Shown piece by piece: positions 37,925 through 47,372 of a DNA stretch of 53,068 nt. This DNA comes from a virus. Lineage: Duplodnaviria > Caudoviricetes. The notes beneath the pieces are model-generated. The model was not told the DNA's origin, searched no databases, and saw only the letters and a program-made list of their open reading frames with translations. Position numbers and translations under genes: made by a program. Within the stretch, counting starts at the first letter, position 1, and every line of letters begins with the position of its first letter. The stretch lies in the IMG/VR virus record IMGVR_UViG_3300005298_000141, positions 1 through 53,068 of that record; one strand, written 5' to 3'.

Positions 37925-37962
37925 GGTTACCTCCGCATGCGCGATTCGGAATGGCAATGGAG

Positions 37963-37992
37963 AGGGGGGTGGAGGCCATGCCTCCACCCCCT
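37963..37992 (-). terminator. hairpin after the major capsid gene
   Basis: GGGGGTGGAGGC-cat-GCCTCCACCCCC. Confidence 0.65.
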
Positions 37993-38003
37993 TATCAACC
38001 CGC

Positions 38004-39275
38004 CTACGTCCGCGTGGTCACCCCACCGCTCATCAGTGGCTCAGGGAAGCCGATGGTCAGGGCGGGCCAACTGATGTTGGTAATCTTGGCCGCCAGGTAC
38101 GGCGTAAGCAGCACGACACGCGGCACCACAACACCGGTCAGATTGTAGCACAGCCCGCCGCTGGGTGAGGTGTACCACAGCACCTTCCCGGCATCCGTCA
38201 CAACGGCAGCGGCGTACCCCTGGGCCAGTTCCGGAGCGCCGTCCATGTTCAGGTAGTTGAGGTAGGTCAGTTTCCGGCCACCGGCGCTGACCGGGATGAT
38301 GTAGATGTTTCCGGTGCTTGTACCCTCTTCGGTGGTGACCGGAATGCCATCATCGCCGATGAACGGGTAAGCGTGCCCGCCAATGGCAATGACGTCCTCC
38401 GACAGCATCCGGTCCCGCTCGCGGGCCAGCGCAGCCAGGTCAATGGTCGGGGTATGGCCCGTCGGGAAGGTGTAACCGAAGACCGCAGAGTACATCCCTG
38501 CCCAGGTCAGAGAGAGCAGGTACTTCAACTCCGGCGGGAGGGCAATCACCCACTGGACCTGCCCGAAGCCATACGCTGCCGCACGCTTCCGAAGGACCGT
38601 CATCACCTCCAGCAACCGGCGAGCCAGCACAGACCCGGTGGCATCCGTCGCGTTATAGTCATCGGAGAAGTCCACCACCACCGAGCCGAGGTTCGGACAG
38701 GAAGTGCCGGTAAGGGCGTCAGTAATCGTGTCCGTGATAAGGGCGTCCAGGCCGTTCATCTCCCGGAAGCCCTCAGTTCCGCCGGTGGGGTCGCCGGTCC
38801 AGACGTCCTCGTGCAGCCGGAGGTACAGAGCGCGCGCGACGGCCAGCATCGCCAGCGCAATACCGGATTCGGTCAGCACCTGGTTGTTTACCTCGCCCCT
38901 GCCAATCAGTTCGCGAACCTCGGGAGAGAGGAGGTCCCCGATAATCTCAAAGTCCACCTCTCCCTGGTTCACCCGCTGGATGAACTCCTCGGGGCTGATG
39001 GTGGGCGAAGTGAAGCAGTACCGCCCATACGGGATAATGGCGACGCACGACGCCAGTTCCCCAACTTCCTGGCAGGTGCCGCACTTGCTCTGTGGGACGG
39101 TGCCGGACGGCGTAGAGTCCACCCGCAAGAGATACGCAACCTGCGGATTAGCCAGATTGGACGCGACCCAGGACAGTTTTGACAGAACGGACGTCGGCGT
39201 GACAACTGTGCTCAGCACTTCTTTGGCACTGACACCAGTGAACGCAGTGCCAGCCCCGTGAAAGCGAAGTGGCAT
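38004..39275 (-). CDS. major capsid protein
   Basis: 423 aa, located after protease and scaffold. VWTGD...EMNGLDALI pattern seen in HK97-fold capsids. Followed by a hairpin. Confidence 0.8.
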   Translation of the reverse strand: MPLRFHGAGTAFTGVSAKEVLSTVVTPTSVLSKLSWVASNLANPQVAYLLRVDSTPSGTVPQSKCGTCQEVGELASCVAIIPYGRYCFTSPTISPEEFIQRVNQGEVDFEIIGDLLSPEVRELIGRGEVNNQVLTESGIALAMLAVARALYLRLHEDVWTGDPTGGTEGFREMNGLDALITDTITDALTGTSCPNLGSVVVDFSDDYNATDATGSVLARRLLEVMTVLRKRAAAYGFGQVQWVIALPPELKYLLSLTWAGMYSAVFGYTFPTGHTPTIDLAALARERDRMLSEDVIAIGGHAYPFIGDDGIPVTTEEGTSTGNIYIIPVSAGGRKLTYLNYLNMDGAPELAQGYAAAVVTDAGKVLWYTSPSGGLCYNLTGVVVPRVVLLTPYLAAKITNISWPALTIGFPEPLMSGGVTTRT

Positions 39276-39280
39276 GGTTT

Positions 39281-39967
39281 CTACCCTCCAATCAGTTTTT
39301 GGGCAAGGACGCCAACAGGTGTGGCAACCTCACGCGCAATCGGGGTAACGGATGGACGAGGGGCGGCGTCCAGTGCTTTCTGGGCGACCTCCTGCGCCTG
39401 GCGCACCTGCTCACTGAGTGCGGCAACGACTTCCGACAGTTCGTTGACGCGTCCCTCAAGGTGCGCAACCACCTCAGTGAAGGACTTCTCTTCGCTGTTG
39501 GGCGCCGGGTAGGGGTAGCCGTACGCAGAGCCGCCCTCTTTGGCCATTTTCTCGGCGATTTTGTCGGCCTGCTCCTTGATAGACTTCGGCGCAATGCGTG
39601 ACAGAATGGCGGCCAGAGCGCCGAACTCTCCGGGCTTGGCAATACGGACGATGACAGCCAGCGCCTGCAGGTACTCCCGCACGCGCTCGCTTACATTGCC
39701 TTCGGCCAGAGCAGCAATCTGGCGCCCGAAGGTGGCAGCAGACTTCTCGCCCTCCTCCCATTCCTGGGCGGTGTCGTCATCGGCCCCGTCGCCAGCGGGG
39801 TTGCCAACAGACTTGCTCGTCAGGCCGGCGTCGTCAAGCGTCTGCTCAAGCCGACTGGCGGCCTCCAGCAAATCTTCCAACTCTTTGGCAAGAGCGTCGG
39901 GGCTGGTCTCCTCAATGACGACATCCTCGTCACCTGTGGTAACGACCTCCAGTTCATCTTTCGTCAT
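39281..39967 (-). CDS. scaffold-like protein
   Basis: Acidic coiled-coil protein between the protease and capsid genes. Confidence 0.7.
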   Translation of the reverse strand: MTKDELEVVTTGDEDVVIEETSPDALAKELEDLLEAASRLEQTLDDAGLTSKSVGNPAGDGADDDTAQEWEEGEKSAATFGRQIAALAEGNVSERVREYLQALAVIVRIAKPGEFGALAAILSRIAPKSIKEQADKIAEKMAKEGGSAYGYPYPAPNSEEKSFTEVVAHLEGRVNELSEVVAALSEQVRQAQEVAQKALDAAPRPSVTPIAREVATPVGVLAQKLIGG

Positions 39968-42900
39968 TCCATTCCTCCCCCAATGTTGTCAATGGGAAAT
40001 GTTGTCCAGGGATTGGCGGCCATCCCGGCAGGCAGGATGCTGACTTCTCGCAGTACCATCCTGACGATTTGGGACGGGTCATTAGGGTCACGCAATCCCC
40101 AGAAGCCAATGGATGTTGCCCACCCGTTGGGCGCAACTTTTGGATGTCCCATTGGGTGTGCGGACAGGAAACTTTTCAGAAACCTTGCCTTCGGTGTATT
40201 ACGGAACTTCCCGATGCCGAAAACGAACTTCCCGTGTGGTACAAACGCAACCAGGTCCGCGATGTCTGTCCCATCCCGGTGAGCAATCCGAACCGTCGCT
40301 CCGGCAGGCTGGTGTGCTACCAGAGATTGGACTGCTGACCGTGTAACAAAATCTCCATGCAGGTCAAGGTATCTATTGGTAACCGGCAGGATTATCCAGT
40401 CCCCCACTATTTTATAGCAAATTGCTCCGGAACGCAAGCGCGGCAGGAGTGCGAGGAAGATTTTCCAGGGCAGGTGCGGCCAGCGGCGGACGGCCTTTGC
40501 CAGCCAGGATTTCAGGGATACCTTAACCGGACGGTCATCGGACAGCGGGTCACGATAGAAGAACACCTCGTGTCCCCGCTGAGCAAGCCTGGAGCGAATC
40601 CGCTCCAGAGACTCCCGGCGCGCGACAGGTTCACCCCCGGCCTTTACTGTCCAGACGCCAGGCTCTATTCTCTGGAACGCAAGACGAAGGGGGGCACCCC
40701 GGCGGCCGTGTAGCACCACCTCAACGAAGTGGCGGTTCCATGTCCCGGCACTGTACGTACCCCAGTCAACAGCATCAAATCTGGCGTACTTCTGGCTGGT
40801 AGAACCCACTTCACCAGGGCCGGACACAAACGGCTCGCCCTTGCCGATTTCCAGCCAATCAATCGGTTGTGGCTGCTTGGGGGCACATCGCAGTACCTTC
40901 CCGTCCTTCAGTGCCTGCCAGGGGTCATCAACTTCCTCCTCGGAGAAAACCGTGAACCCGAAAAGGTAACCACCGTCACCCGCAGTCATGCGAATATCAT
41001 AGTGAACCGAATGGCCTTCCGGCGGGTTGTCCACTTCCTCGCGGGTCAGGCCGCGAATGTGCCTCTGGACGATAAACCGCCCATGCCCATCGGTTGGATA
41101 GTATTCTTGCCATTTTGCTTCCCAGGTGGCCTCGGCGCGTTCGCTTCTTGTATCGCCCGGAAGTACATCGTCGGTTTCCTCTGTAAGTGCTTTCACCACA
41201 CGCTCAAGTTCTCTGTAGTGCGGGATTTGCTCCGCCTTGTCCTGGACTTCCTTTAGCCATTTCCCTTTTTCTGGTTTGAAGTTGGTGATGATGAGTTCAG
41301 GATGCGGACGGGTGCCACGACCGGAATCATCTAACCGTGCTGCAATCACACGGAACGCGTGCCAGGTGTCCGGCAATTTCACTCCGGACTTTCTTACGTC
41401 ATCAGGCTCACATGAGAGAATGAACTTGCCCCGAATGGTTTTCAGCAACTCCAACAGCCTGGCAAACTGCCCTATGGTGAACGGGTGCTTGTACTTAGCC
41501 TCTGTGACATCAGAAGTAGGATACGGCGGGTCCAGGTAAAACAGCACATCCTTTCGCCGCCGCAGCCTGCGGATAATGTCAAACGCATCGGCGTTCAGAA
41601 TCTCCACGCCGCGAAGTCGGCGTTTCAGTGCAAGATACGTCCCGGTCGGAAGCCTGTGTCTGCGATGGTTCGGAGGCCAGTCAACTGATTCGTATCCGCG
41701 ATAAAATCTGTTACCGACCATCATGAACAGGGCGGCCTCTCGGCCAGAGCGGGGCGTCTGCTCTTTCAACATGCGTTGGGTTTCCCTTGTTAGTGGCGTT
41801 CTGCGTGCCTCCTCAACCACTTCGGCAATCTCGGCATCGGACGCCCTTTGGATAAAACGGTAGCAAGCAATCTTCGCCCTGTCTATATCTCCGATGACCT
41901 CCTTGCCAATCTTTGGCTTTAGAGCAAAGAATCCCAGCGTCCCTACAAACGGCTCACAGTATAATGCATGTTCTGGGAAGAGTTCAAGGATTGCCCTGGC
42001 TATGCGCGCTTTTGTGCCGACACCCTGGAACGGCATAGGTCCACCAGCAAACCACTTTCTGGTTGCCTTCGCATTTGCATGCTCCAGCATGACACGCATT
42101 GCCTGCTGAAGCGTGTAGGGGGCCCCTTCATTGACCTCCGTGACGACCGCGTTCTGGAACTTCAGCGAGTCGCCGGACGGAACCAGTTCCTGGCAGATTA
42201 CCGTGACTGTATCCCCCGGCTTTGCCCGGATACGAGTGACCATTGTCTTGCCCGTTGGCTTTCCGTCCGCCCATTCGCACTCGTACACCCAGCCGTTTTC
42301 CTTTTGCTCGGTGCTTACAACACGGGCCCGCACCTCAAGCATGCGTTTCACCTTGCTCCACGACTGGCTTGGGCCTGCGGAAATGGTTGACCGCAGGTCT
42401 TTGGCGACAATGCCCTCCGAGCCGGGCAGGAAGGCAAGTCTGTCATACGCCGCTTCCAACTCCTGCTTGTTCTCAACAACTACGGCCGGGGTGAGGAATT
42501 CCTCCGGCACTATTTTCTCAAGGACTTTTCGCCTCTCTTCATACGGTGTGTCGTCACTCACACCATGACCGGACAGAACGTCAAAGAACCTGGGACGAGC
42601 GGCCCAGTCAATCTTCTGACCTGATAGCACGGCCGGCATCAGATGACGCGGGACGACCCGGCCCTTTGCCACCATGAGGAGTTCACCATCCAGTTCAACT
42701 GGTTCCCCCTCGGTGTTCAATTCCTTGACGACGTCGGCAAAGTACGCAGACACGTCCTTGCCGCTTTCTGTCACTGCCCTGAAGGAACCGTCACCGTCAA
42801 CCGTCAGTTTAACCCGCCAGCCGTTCCACTTCGGCTCAACCGCAAACGGCGCATGGGAATGCCCCCATGCCTCCCACATCTGGTCGGGGGAGAAGTGCTC

Positions 42901-43275
42901 AAAGTAGAACGGTACTGCGGGCTTCATCGGCCATGACCCAGACTTTCCCTCCTCCTGTGGCGCGGTCGCCGATTTGATTTCCACTATCTCCGGTCGTTTT
43001 ACCCTCAATACCAGGTCGGCTATCGGGATGTAGTCGGAGTGTGGGCCTGTGGGTTCCGGGATGATGTGAAGTGGGATGTCATGGCGGTCAATCCCTGACC
43101 GTTCGGCGATAAGATTCCGTAATTGGAGCAATACGCTGTCCGCCGGTATGGTCAGCGCATCTCCGATAAGTTCTGCACGCACGACCACATCAATGTCTCC
43201 GGGATTATCGTCCCGTACAGCGCCACCAGCAACCGACACGAAGTCACTCACCAGGACCAGGTCTGTATCCGTCAT
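39964..43275 (-). CDS. multidomain protein: ATP-dependent DNA ligase, D12-class N6-adenine methyltransferase, LigD 3'-phosphoesterase-like domain, HK97-type prohead protease
   Basis: Ligase: EPKWNGWR, LDGEL, FFDVL, EGIVAKD, WSKVK. MTase: EPFVG, FYLDPPY, ELIITNF. Phosphoesterase-like: FIVQRH...HYDIRM. Protease: DLHGD...AH...SIGF...REVSILP...AANP. Confidence 0.85.
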   Translation of the reverse strand: MTDTDLVLVSDFVSVAGGAVRDDNPGDIDVVVRAELIGDALTIPADSVLLQLRNLIAERSGIDRHDIPLHIIPEPTGPHSDYIPIADLVLRVKRPEIVEIKSATAPQEEGKSGSWPMKPAVPFYFEHFSPDQMWEAWGHSHAPFAVEPKWNGWRVKLTVDGDGSFRAVTESGKDVSAYFADVVKELNTEGEPVELDGELLMVAKGRVVPRHLMPAVLSGQKIDWAARPRFFDVLSGHGVSDDTPYEERRKVLEKIVPEEFLTPAVVVENKQELEAAYDRLAFLPGSEGIVAKDLRSTISAGPSQSWSKVKRMLEVRARVVSTEQKENGWVYECEWADGKPTGKTMVTRIRAKPGDTVTVICQELVPSGDSLKFQNAVVTEVNEGAPYTLQQAMRVMLEHANAKATRKWFAGGPMPFQGVGTKARIARAILELFPEHALYCEPFVGTLGFFALKPKIGKEVIGDIDRAKIACYRFIQRASDAEIAEVVEEARRTPLTRETQRMLKEQTPRSGREAALFMMVGNRFYRGYESVDWPPNHRRHRLPTGTYLALKRRLRGVEILNADAFDIIRRLRRRKDVLFYLDPPYPTSDVTEAKYKHPFTIGQFARLLELLKTIRGKFILSCEPDDVRKSGVKLPDTWHAFRVIAARLDDSGRGTRPHPELIITNFKPEKGKWLKEVQDKAEQIPHYRELERVVKALTEETDDVLPGDTRSERAEATWEAKWQEYYPTDGHGRFIVQRHIRGLTREEVDNPPEGHSVHYDIRMTAGDGGYLFGFTVFSEEEVDDPWQALKDGKVLRCAPKQPQPIDWLEIGKGEPFVSGPGEVGSTSQKYARFDAVDWGTYSAGTWNRHFVEVVLHGRRGAPLRLAFQRIEPGVWTVKAGGEPVARRESLERIRSRLAQRGHEVFFYRDPLSDDRPVKVSLKSWLAKAVRRWPHLPWKIFLALLPRLRSGAICYKIVGDWIILPVTNRYLDLHGDFVTRSAVQSLVAHQPAGATVRIAHRDGTDIADLVAFVPHGKFVFGIGKFRNTPKARFLKSFLSAHPMGHPKVAPNGWATSIGFWGLRDPNDPSQIVRMVLREVSILPAGMAANPWTTFPIDNIGGGME

Positions 43276-43826
43276 TTGAACTCCACCTCCACAGAGACGT
43301 TGGGCGCAGTAACAGCGCTGACAATGGCGCCGCGAATTGACCTCAGCACCGCCGGCGCAACCACCTCGTACGCGCTCTGGGTCAGACGCCGGGGGGTGAT
43401 GCCGGGATGGATGACAGCCTTTGCAATAATCGTTGGACCGCTCCGGCTGGCCGGGCCGGATGAGAAGTAGTTCGGGCGCGTACCCTGGAGCGCACGCCGG
43501 TATCTCTGCCTGAACATCAGGAACGGGCTATTTCTGGCAGTTATGACATGCGGGGCGGTTCCGCCATCCACAAACCGGTAAGCGTCCAATTGCCGGTCAG
43601 TCCCGGAGGCCGTGATAGTGACACAGATGTCAACTGCATCTCCGGAGCCCGTCACTGTCGTGGTGGCAGAGAAATCTGGAGCATTCCGCCAGTGCTGCGT
43701 CCACGCTTCCAGGGTTGCTACCATCTCGCGACCAAGTTGCTTCGCAACGGTCTGAGAAAGCGTGGCCGAGACGGCCTTTACAGCCGTTCTTCTCAGTGCT
43801 TTTTTCGCTTTCCCGATGACGCTCAT
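43272..43826 (-). CDS. HK97 gp10-like neck/tail-completion protein
   Basis: YRFVDGGTAPHVI...VIHPGITPR motif. Confidence 0.65.
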   Translation of the reverse strand: MSVIGKAKKALRRTAVKAVSATLSQTVAKQLGREMVATLEAWTQHWRNAPDFSATTTVTGSGDAVDICVTITASGTDRQLDAYRFVDGGTAPHVITARNSPFLMFRQRYRRALQGTRPNYFSSGPASRSGPTIIAKAVIHPGITPRRLTQSAYEVVAPAVLRSIRGAIVSAVTAPNVSVEVEFK

Positions 43827-45151
43827 TGTTCTGGCGTGATGTCCTTTCCTTCCAACAACTCAAGATATTCTCTTCGGAGGTCCCCAGCATCGGCGGCAAT
43901 CTGCCTGGCAATATTGATGGTCAGTTCGCCGGATGATATTCTCCTTGCTCGCTCCTGGGCTCGCATCAGCGCGGCCTCGGCCTGTAGCCTGGCCTCGGTG
44001 AGGTCAGTCGGAACGAACTCCACCTGCGCCGGGAGAATCCGGTTCAGGTTATGCTCAAACTGACGCAGGATGATGCCGTACAGCCGCATCGCGGCCAGCC
44101 GTGCCATAACCTCGGCCTCTGTTGCGGCCCCAAGTCGGGAGCCGGGGAGCGGGGCGATGGAACCGTAGTCCACGCCCAGCCCATTTGCAAGCACCGTGAC
44201 ATACCACTCCATGACATCCTTGAGGGAGAATCCTTCGGGAAGGTCTTTCAGGCGAACCACCTCGGCGGTAGGCGTGGCGCTGGGGTCCAGCGGGTTTAGA
44301 AAAACCGGTGGGACGTAGACGTGCCCACCTGCGCTAACGGCTTTCTCTGTTGCCTGACGCATAGCATCCTCAACGGCCCTGGCAGGGGCGTTGGTCATCA
44401 CGATGGTGTCGGCCATCGTGCCCTGGACACGCTCCTGGTGCCACGAGAGGAGAGACGCCATAAACGAGACCGCCTGGGCAAGCCGCGAGGCTGCGCAGAA
44501 GCCCCAACTGGTCCCCGGTTGCGGGTTGTCAACGACCTGAAAGCATTCACGGTTGGAGAGGGTAACCGTGACGCCGTCTTCCCGAAGGTACTGAAGAGGG
44601 TATTCCGGGTTCTCAGTAGGGACGCACCGTGTGGGGTCCAGGGAGAGAAGAACGGGGGGCGAATCGGGGTCGTAAATGACGTCAGCCGGGTCCACAATCG
44701 TACCGGCTTTCGTCATCCATACTCTGCCGTCCGGTGTGAGGGTTGCAAAAACCTCGCTAAACGTCTTCTTCTCAACAGTGCGACGAGCGATTTCCACCCA
44801 GCCACCGCTATCGGTCACCAGTGCACCGAAAGCAACGGCATGAATCAGCGGCCTCAGTCCACGCCCGAACTCCGCCGTCGCCAGGATTTCCCTTGTTCGG
44901 TTGACAGCCTCATTGCTCCCGACCACGGTGTACCGGGCGTTGGAAATTCTCGTCAGAGTGGAGTACAGTGCTCCACAAAAGAGGGGTTCACTCGTAGCCA
45001 GGCGCACCAGCGCCTTGTTCCGTTCGGGGCCGCGCTGCTTCGGTATCGCGCCCACAAGCGAGAACACGGTTGCCATGAAGAACTCTGCCAGCGCGTCGGC
45101 AGAGTACAACTCGTTTCTTCTCGGCCGTCTGGCCTTCGCAACCACGCCCAT
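43823..45151 (-). CDS. portal protein
   Basis: 442 aa directly after terL. GWVEI, LDPTRC, ELTINIAR patterns. Confidence 0.75.
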   Translation of the reverse strand: MGVVAKARRPRRNELYSADALAEFFMATVFSLVGAIPKQRGPERNKALVRLATSEPLFCGALYSTLTRISNARYTVVGSNEAVNRTREILATAEFGRGLRPLIHAVAFGALVTDSGGWVEIARRTVEKKTFSEVFATLTPDGRVWMTKAGTIVDPADVIYDPDSPPVLLSLDPTRCVPTENPEYPLQYLREDGVTVTLSNRECFQVVDNPQPGTSWGFCAASRLAQAVSFMASLLSWHQERVQGTMADTIVMTNAPARAVEDAMRQATEKAVSAGGHVYVPPVFLNPLDPSATPTAEVVRLKDLPEGFSLKDVMEWYVTVLANGLGVDYGSIAPLPGSRLGAATEAEVMARLAAMRLYGIILRQFEHNLNRILPAQVEFVPTDLTEARLQAEAALMRAQERARRISSGELTINIARQIAADAGDLRREYLELLEGKDITPEQ

Positions 45152-45248
45152 TTGTTCTTACTCCATAATAACGGTTAGAATTCTGGTAGTTATGACCTGT
45201 TAGCCAGCAAGAGGAGAGGCCCGCCAATGGGCGAGTTTCGGTGCGCAG

Positions 45249-45315
45249 GCGTAACAGCAGCGTAACGACGGTGTAACGACAGCATAACAACAGCATAACA
45301 ACAGGGGTGACGACA
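45249..45315. repeat. six imperfect 11-bp tandem repeats (GCRTAACRACA)
   Basis: gcgtaacagca gcgtaacgacg gtgtaacgaca gcataacaaca gcataacaaca ggggtgacgaca. Confidence 0.8.
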
Positions 45316-45334
45316 GAGGCGTCGGTCACGCGTC

Positions 45335-45363
45335 ATTATACACCATAGCGTGCTGGAAGTCAA
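45335..45363 (-). promoter_or_regulatory. sigma70-type promoter for portal/head genes
   Basis: Minus strand TTGACT-17 nt-TATAAT. Confidence 0.8.
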
Positions 45364-45388
45364 CTGGTGGTAGGGGGATGCGATGGGG

Positions 45389-46837
45389 TTATAGCATATA
45401 CCGGCTGGCACGATAGGCGGCCATCGCCATTGCGACGATGACATCATTGTGCCCCTGGTCAACGACCGTGAAGCGGTTGGCTTTGGGGTCCCAGCCAGTG
45501 CTTTTGTACTGGCGTTCTATTATTGGGAGCAAGCTTTCTGGTATCAGGATTGCTCTTAAGCGAAAAAGGGAGTACAGGAACGAGTCGGCCAGCGAACGGG
45601 ACTGTTGCGGGAAGGAGCGGACATACGCCTTATAGTCTCTGGCGAGGTTCTGGGCCATGTAATGCAACTGGTATGGGTCGTAGGCAATCTCAATGACCGG
45701 GTAGCGGTCAGTCAGGTCCCGCAACAGGTTCTCGGCCTCTGAAAAGTCCACGCGCTGAGAACGAGGGTCCATGACGTGAACGAAGCGAACAAGGTATTTC
45801 CCTTCGCCGACCGGTGAGACGCCGACAATGGCAAATGTGGCGCGGGCGAACCCGGCGTCCACACCGATGACGACCTCTTTTCCCCTGGGGGCGACCAATG
45901 ATTCGGCTTCGCTATCCGGGATGACGCAGGCATTCAGCCAGGCAATCGGGAGGGCCATTGCGGAAGGGGAGACCCACTGGTTCAGGTGGATTCTGGCAAA
46001 CTCGTGCTCCGGCAGGTGTCGCCGTTGCGACTCGTAGTACTCCGGTTTTTGCCAGCCGAACCGGGTCAGCGCTTCCTCTCCGCAATCGTAGTAGTACAGA
46101 AGTTTGCCTGCCGGTGACACCATGACCTTTCCGGCCAGTTCCGGGGAGCGCGTCTTCACCACCAGCCCGGACGATTTCGCCTCGTTGTACAGTGTCTCCA
46201 GGACAGAGCCCTGGCCCAGGTACCCGGCATAGGACTCCACCCACCTGATAGCGTGAGGTACGGTAGGCGGTGGGGTCAGTTCTACCCAAAGGGATTTCTT
46301 ATTGGGTGTGGTGTAGGCCCACACCTCGGTAAAGACGGTCATGGCGGGGTTTGCCCCCGCCGCCCCGGGTGCGTTCACCGGGAGAGGGTAAATCTTTGAC
46401 CCGTTCGGCAGAACAACTTCCGACTGGGTAATCCTGGCCTGGACGATAGGGTTCAGTTCCAGCGAGTTTACGACGGCCTGGAACACCCGGTCGGTCGCCT
46501 GTCGGCCGTCGTTGGCCAGAAGGATGATTTCGGACCCCGGGAACAGAAACGCGTACCACAGAGTCACCGCCGCCGCAACGAGAGTTTTCCCGGTCTTCTT
46601 GGGCGATGACCACACAATGGTCTGGAAGTTAAATACGGAGCCGCTTCTGGAGAGGGCAATCTGGAGCAGTTCCCGCTGGAACTCCTTGAAGCGGATAGGC
46701 CCGGGTGGGAGGACCTCGCCGGTCTCTGGGGAGAGCGGTGCCTGGACCCAGAAGCAGTGTTCCATCCATGCTACCGGGTCCGCAATTGCCAGCGCCATCA
46801 GGTCAATCTTCTGATTCGTCTGCTTCGTCCGACTCAA
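45389..46837 (-). CDS. terL: terminase large subunit
   Basis: FQRE (Q motif), Walker A PKKTGKT, HLNQW, nuclease IGVDAG, YDPYQ, HNDVIVAMAMA. Confidence 0.92.
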   Translation of the reverse strand: MSRTKQTNQKIDLMALAIADPVAWMEHCFWVQAPLSPETGEVLPPGPIRFKEFQRELLQIALSRSGSVFNFQTIVWSSPKKTGKTLVAAAVTLWYAFLFPGSEIILLANDGRQATDRVFQAVVNSLELNPIVQARITQSEVVLPNGSKIYPLPVNAPGAAGANPAMTVFTEVWAYTTPNKKSLWVELTPPPTVPHAIRWVESYAGYLGQGSVLETLYNEAKSSGLVVKTRSPELAGKVMVSPAGKLLYYYDCGEEALTRFGWQKPEYYESQRRHLPEHEFARIHLNQWVSPSAMALPIAWLNACVIPDSEAESLVAPRGKEVVIGVDAGFARATFAIVGVSPVGEGKYLVRFVHVMDPRSQRVDFSEAENLLRDLTDRYPVIEIAYDPYQLHYMAQNLARDYKAYVRSFPQQSRSLADSFLYSLFRLRAILIPESLLPIIERQYKSTGWDPKANRFTVVDQGHNDVIVAMAMAAYRASRYML

Positions 46838-47372
46838 CTACGCCTCCTGGCAGGACGAGTTGTTCAACGCTTTCGGCAGGAATGATAGCCGGCTGTGGCG
46901 CACCTGGTGTCATGCTGATAACTTGCAGTATTTGAGCAAGAGGAGCACTTCGGGACACCTGCTCGCCGGTGAGCGATGCCGTTGCCTTGAAGAATGTGGA
47001 TGCCGCCTCAATAAGGCGTGCAGCCACGTGGCCGCTGACCTCAATGTTCTCAATATTTTCAAGTACTCGCTGGGCCATAGCGGAAACGGCCCTGGCGGCG
47101 GTGGCTACTGCATTTGCAATCTCCAGCGCGGACATGGAGCGGGCGGCTTCCAGCATGGCCCGGTCGTACTCTCTTGCCCGCTCAACCCAGTTGAAGGCGA
47201 CGCTCTTTCTGACAACGTCCTGGACGGGCATGTTAAGGACGGCGGCGGTTTCGGTAATTGTTCGCCGTCCAGGGTGCAATGCAAGGAACGCCAGGAAAGC
47301 GTTGTAGTCCTCCTCGGTTTCTCCTGGCTCTCTGGGTGGTGGGTCAGGTAAGGCTGATTTGTCCGGCCACAT
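46803..47372 (-). CDS. terminase small subunit-like protein
   Basis: Directly upstream of terL. REPGET...AFLAF...WVERAREYD HTH pattern. Confidence 0.75.
   Translation of the reverse strand: MWPDKSALPDPPPREPGETEEDYNAFLAFLALHPGRRTITETAAVLNMPVQDVVRKSVAFNWVERAREYDRAMLEAARSMSALEIANAVATAARAVSAMAQRVLENIENIEVSGHVAARLIEAASTFFKATASLTGEQVSRSAPLAQILQVISMTPGAPQPAIIPAESVEQLVLPGGVVESDEADESED

Noticed and set aside
38373-39261. Long plus-strand ORFs opposite the capsid gene (similar shadows at 32753-33839 and 44321-45178)
   Set aside because: Antisense shadows of GC-rich coding sequence, with no SD or motifs.
45249-45315. mini-CRISPR array
   Set aside because: The 11-bp units are directly adjacent, with no spacers.
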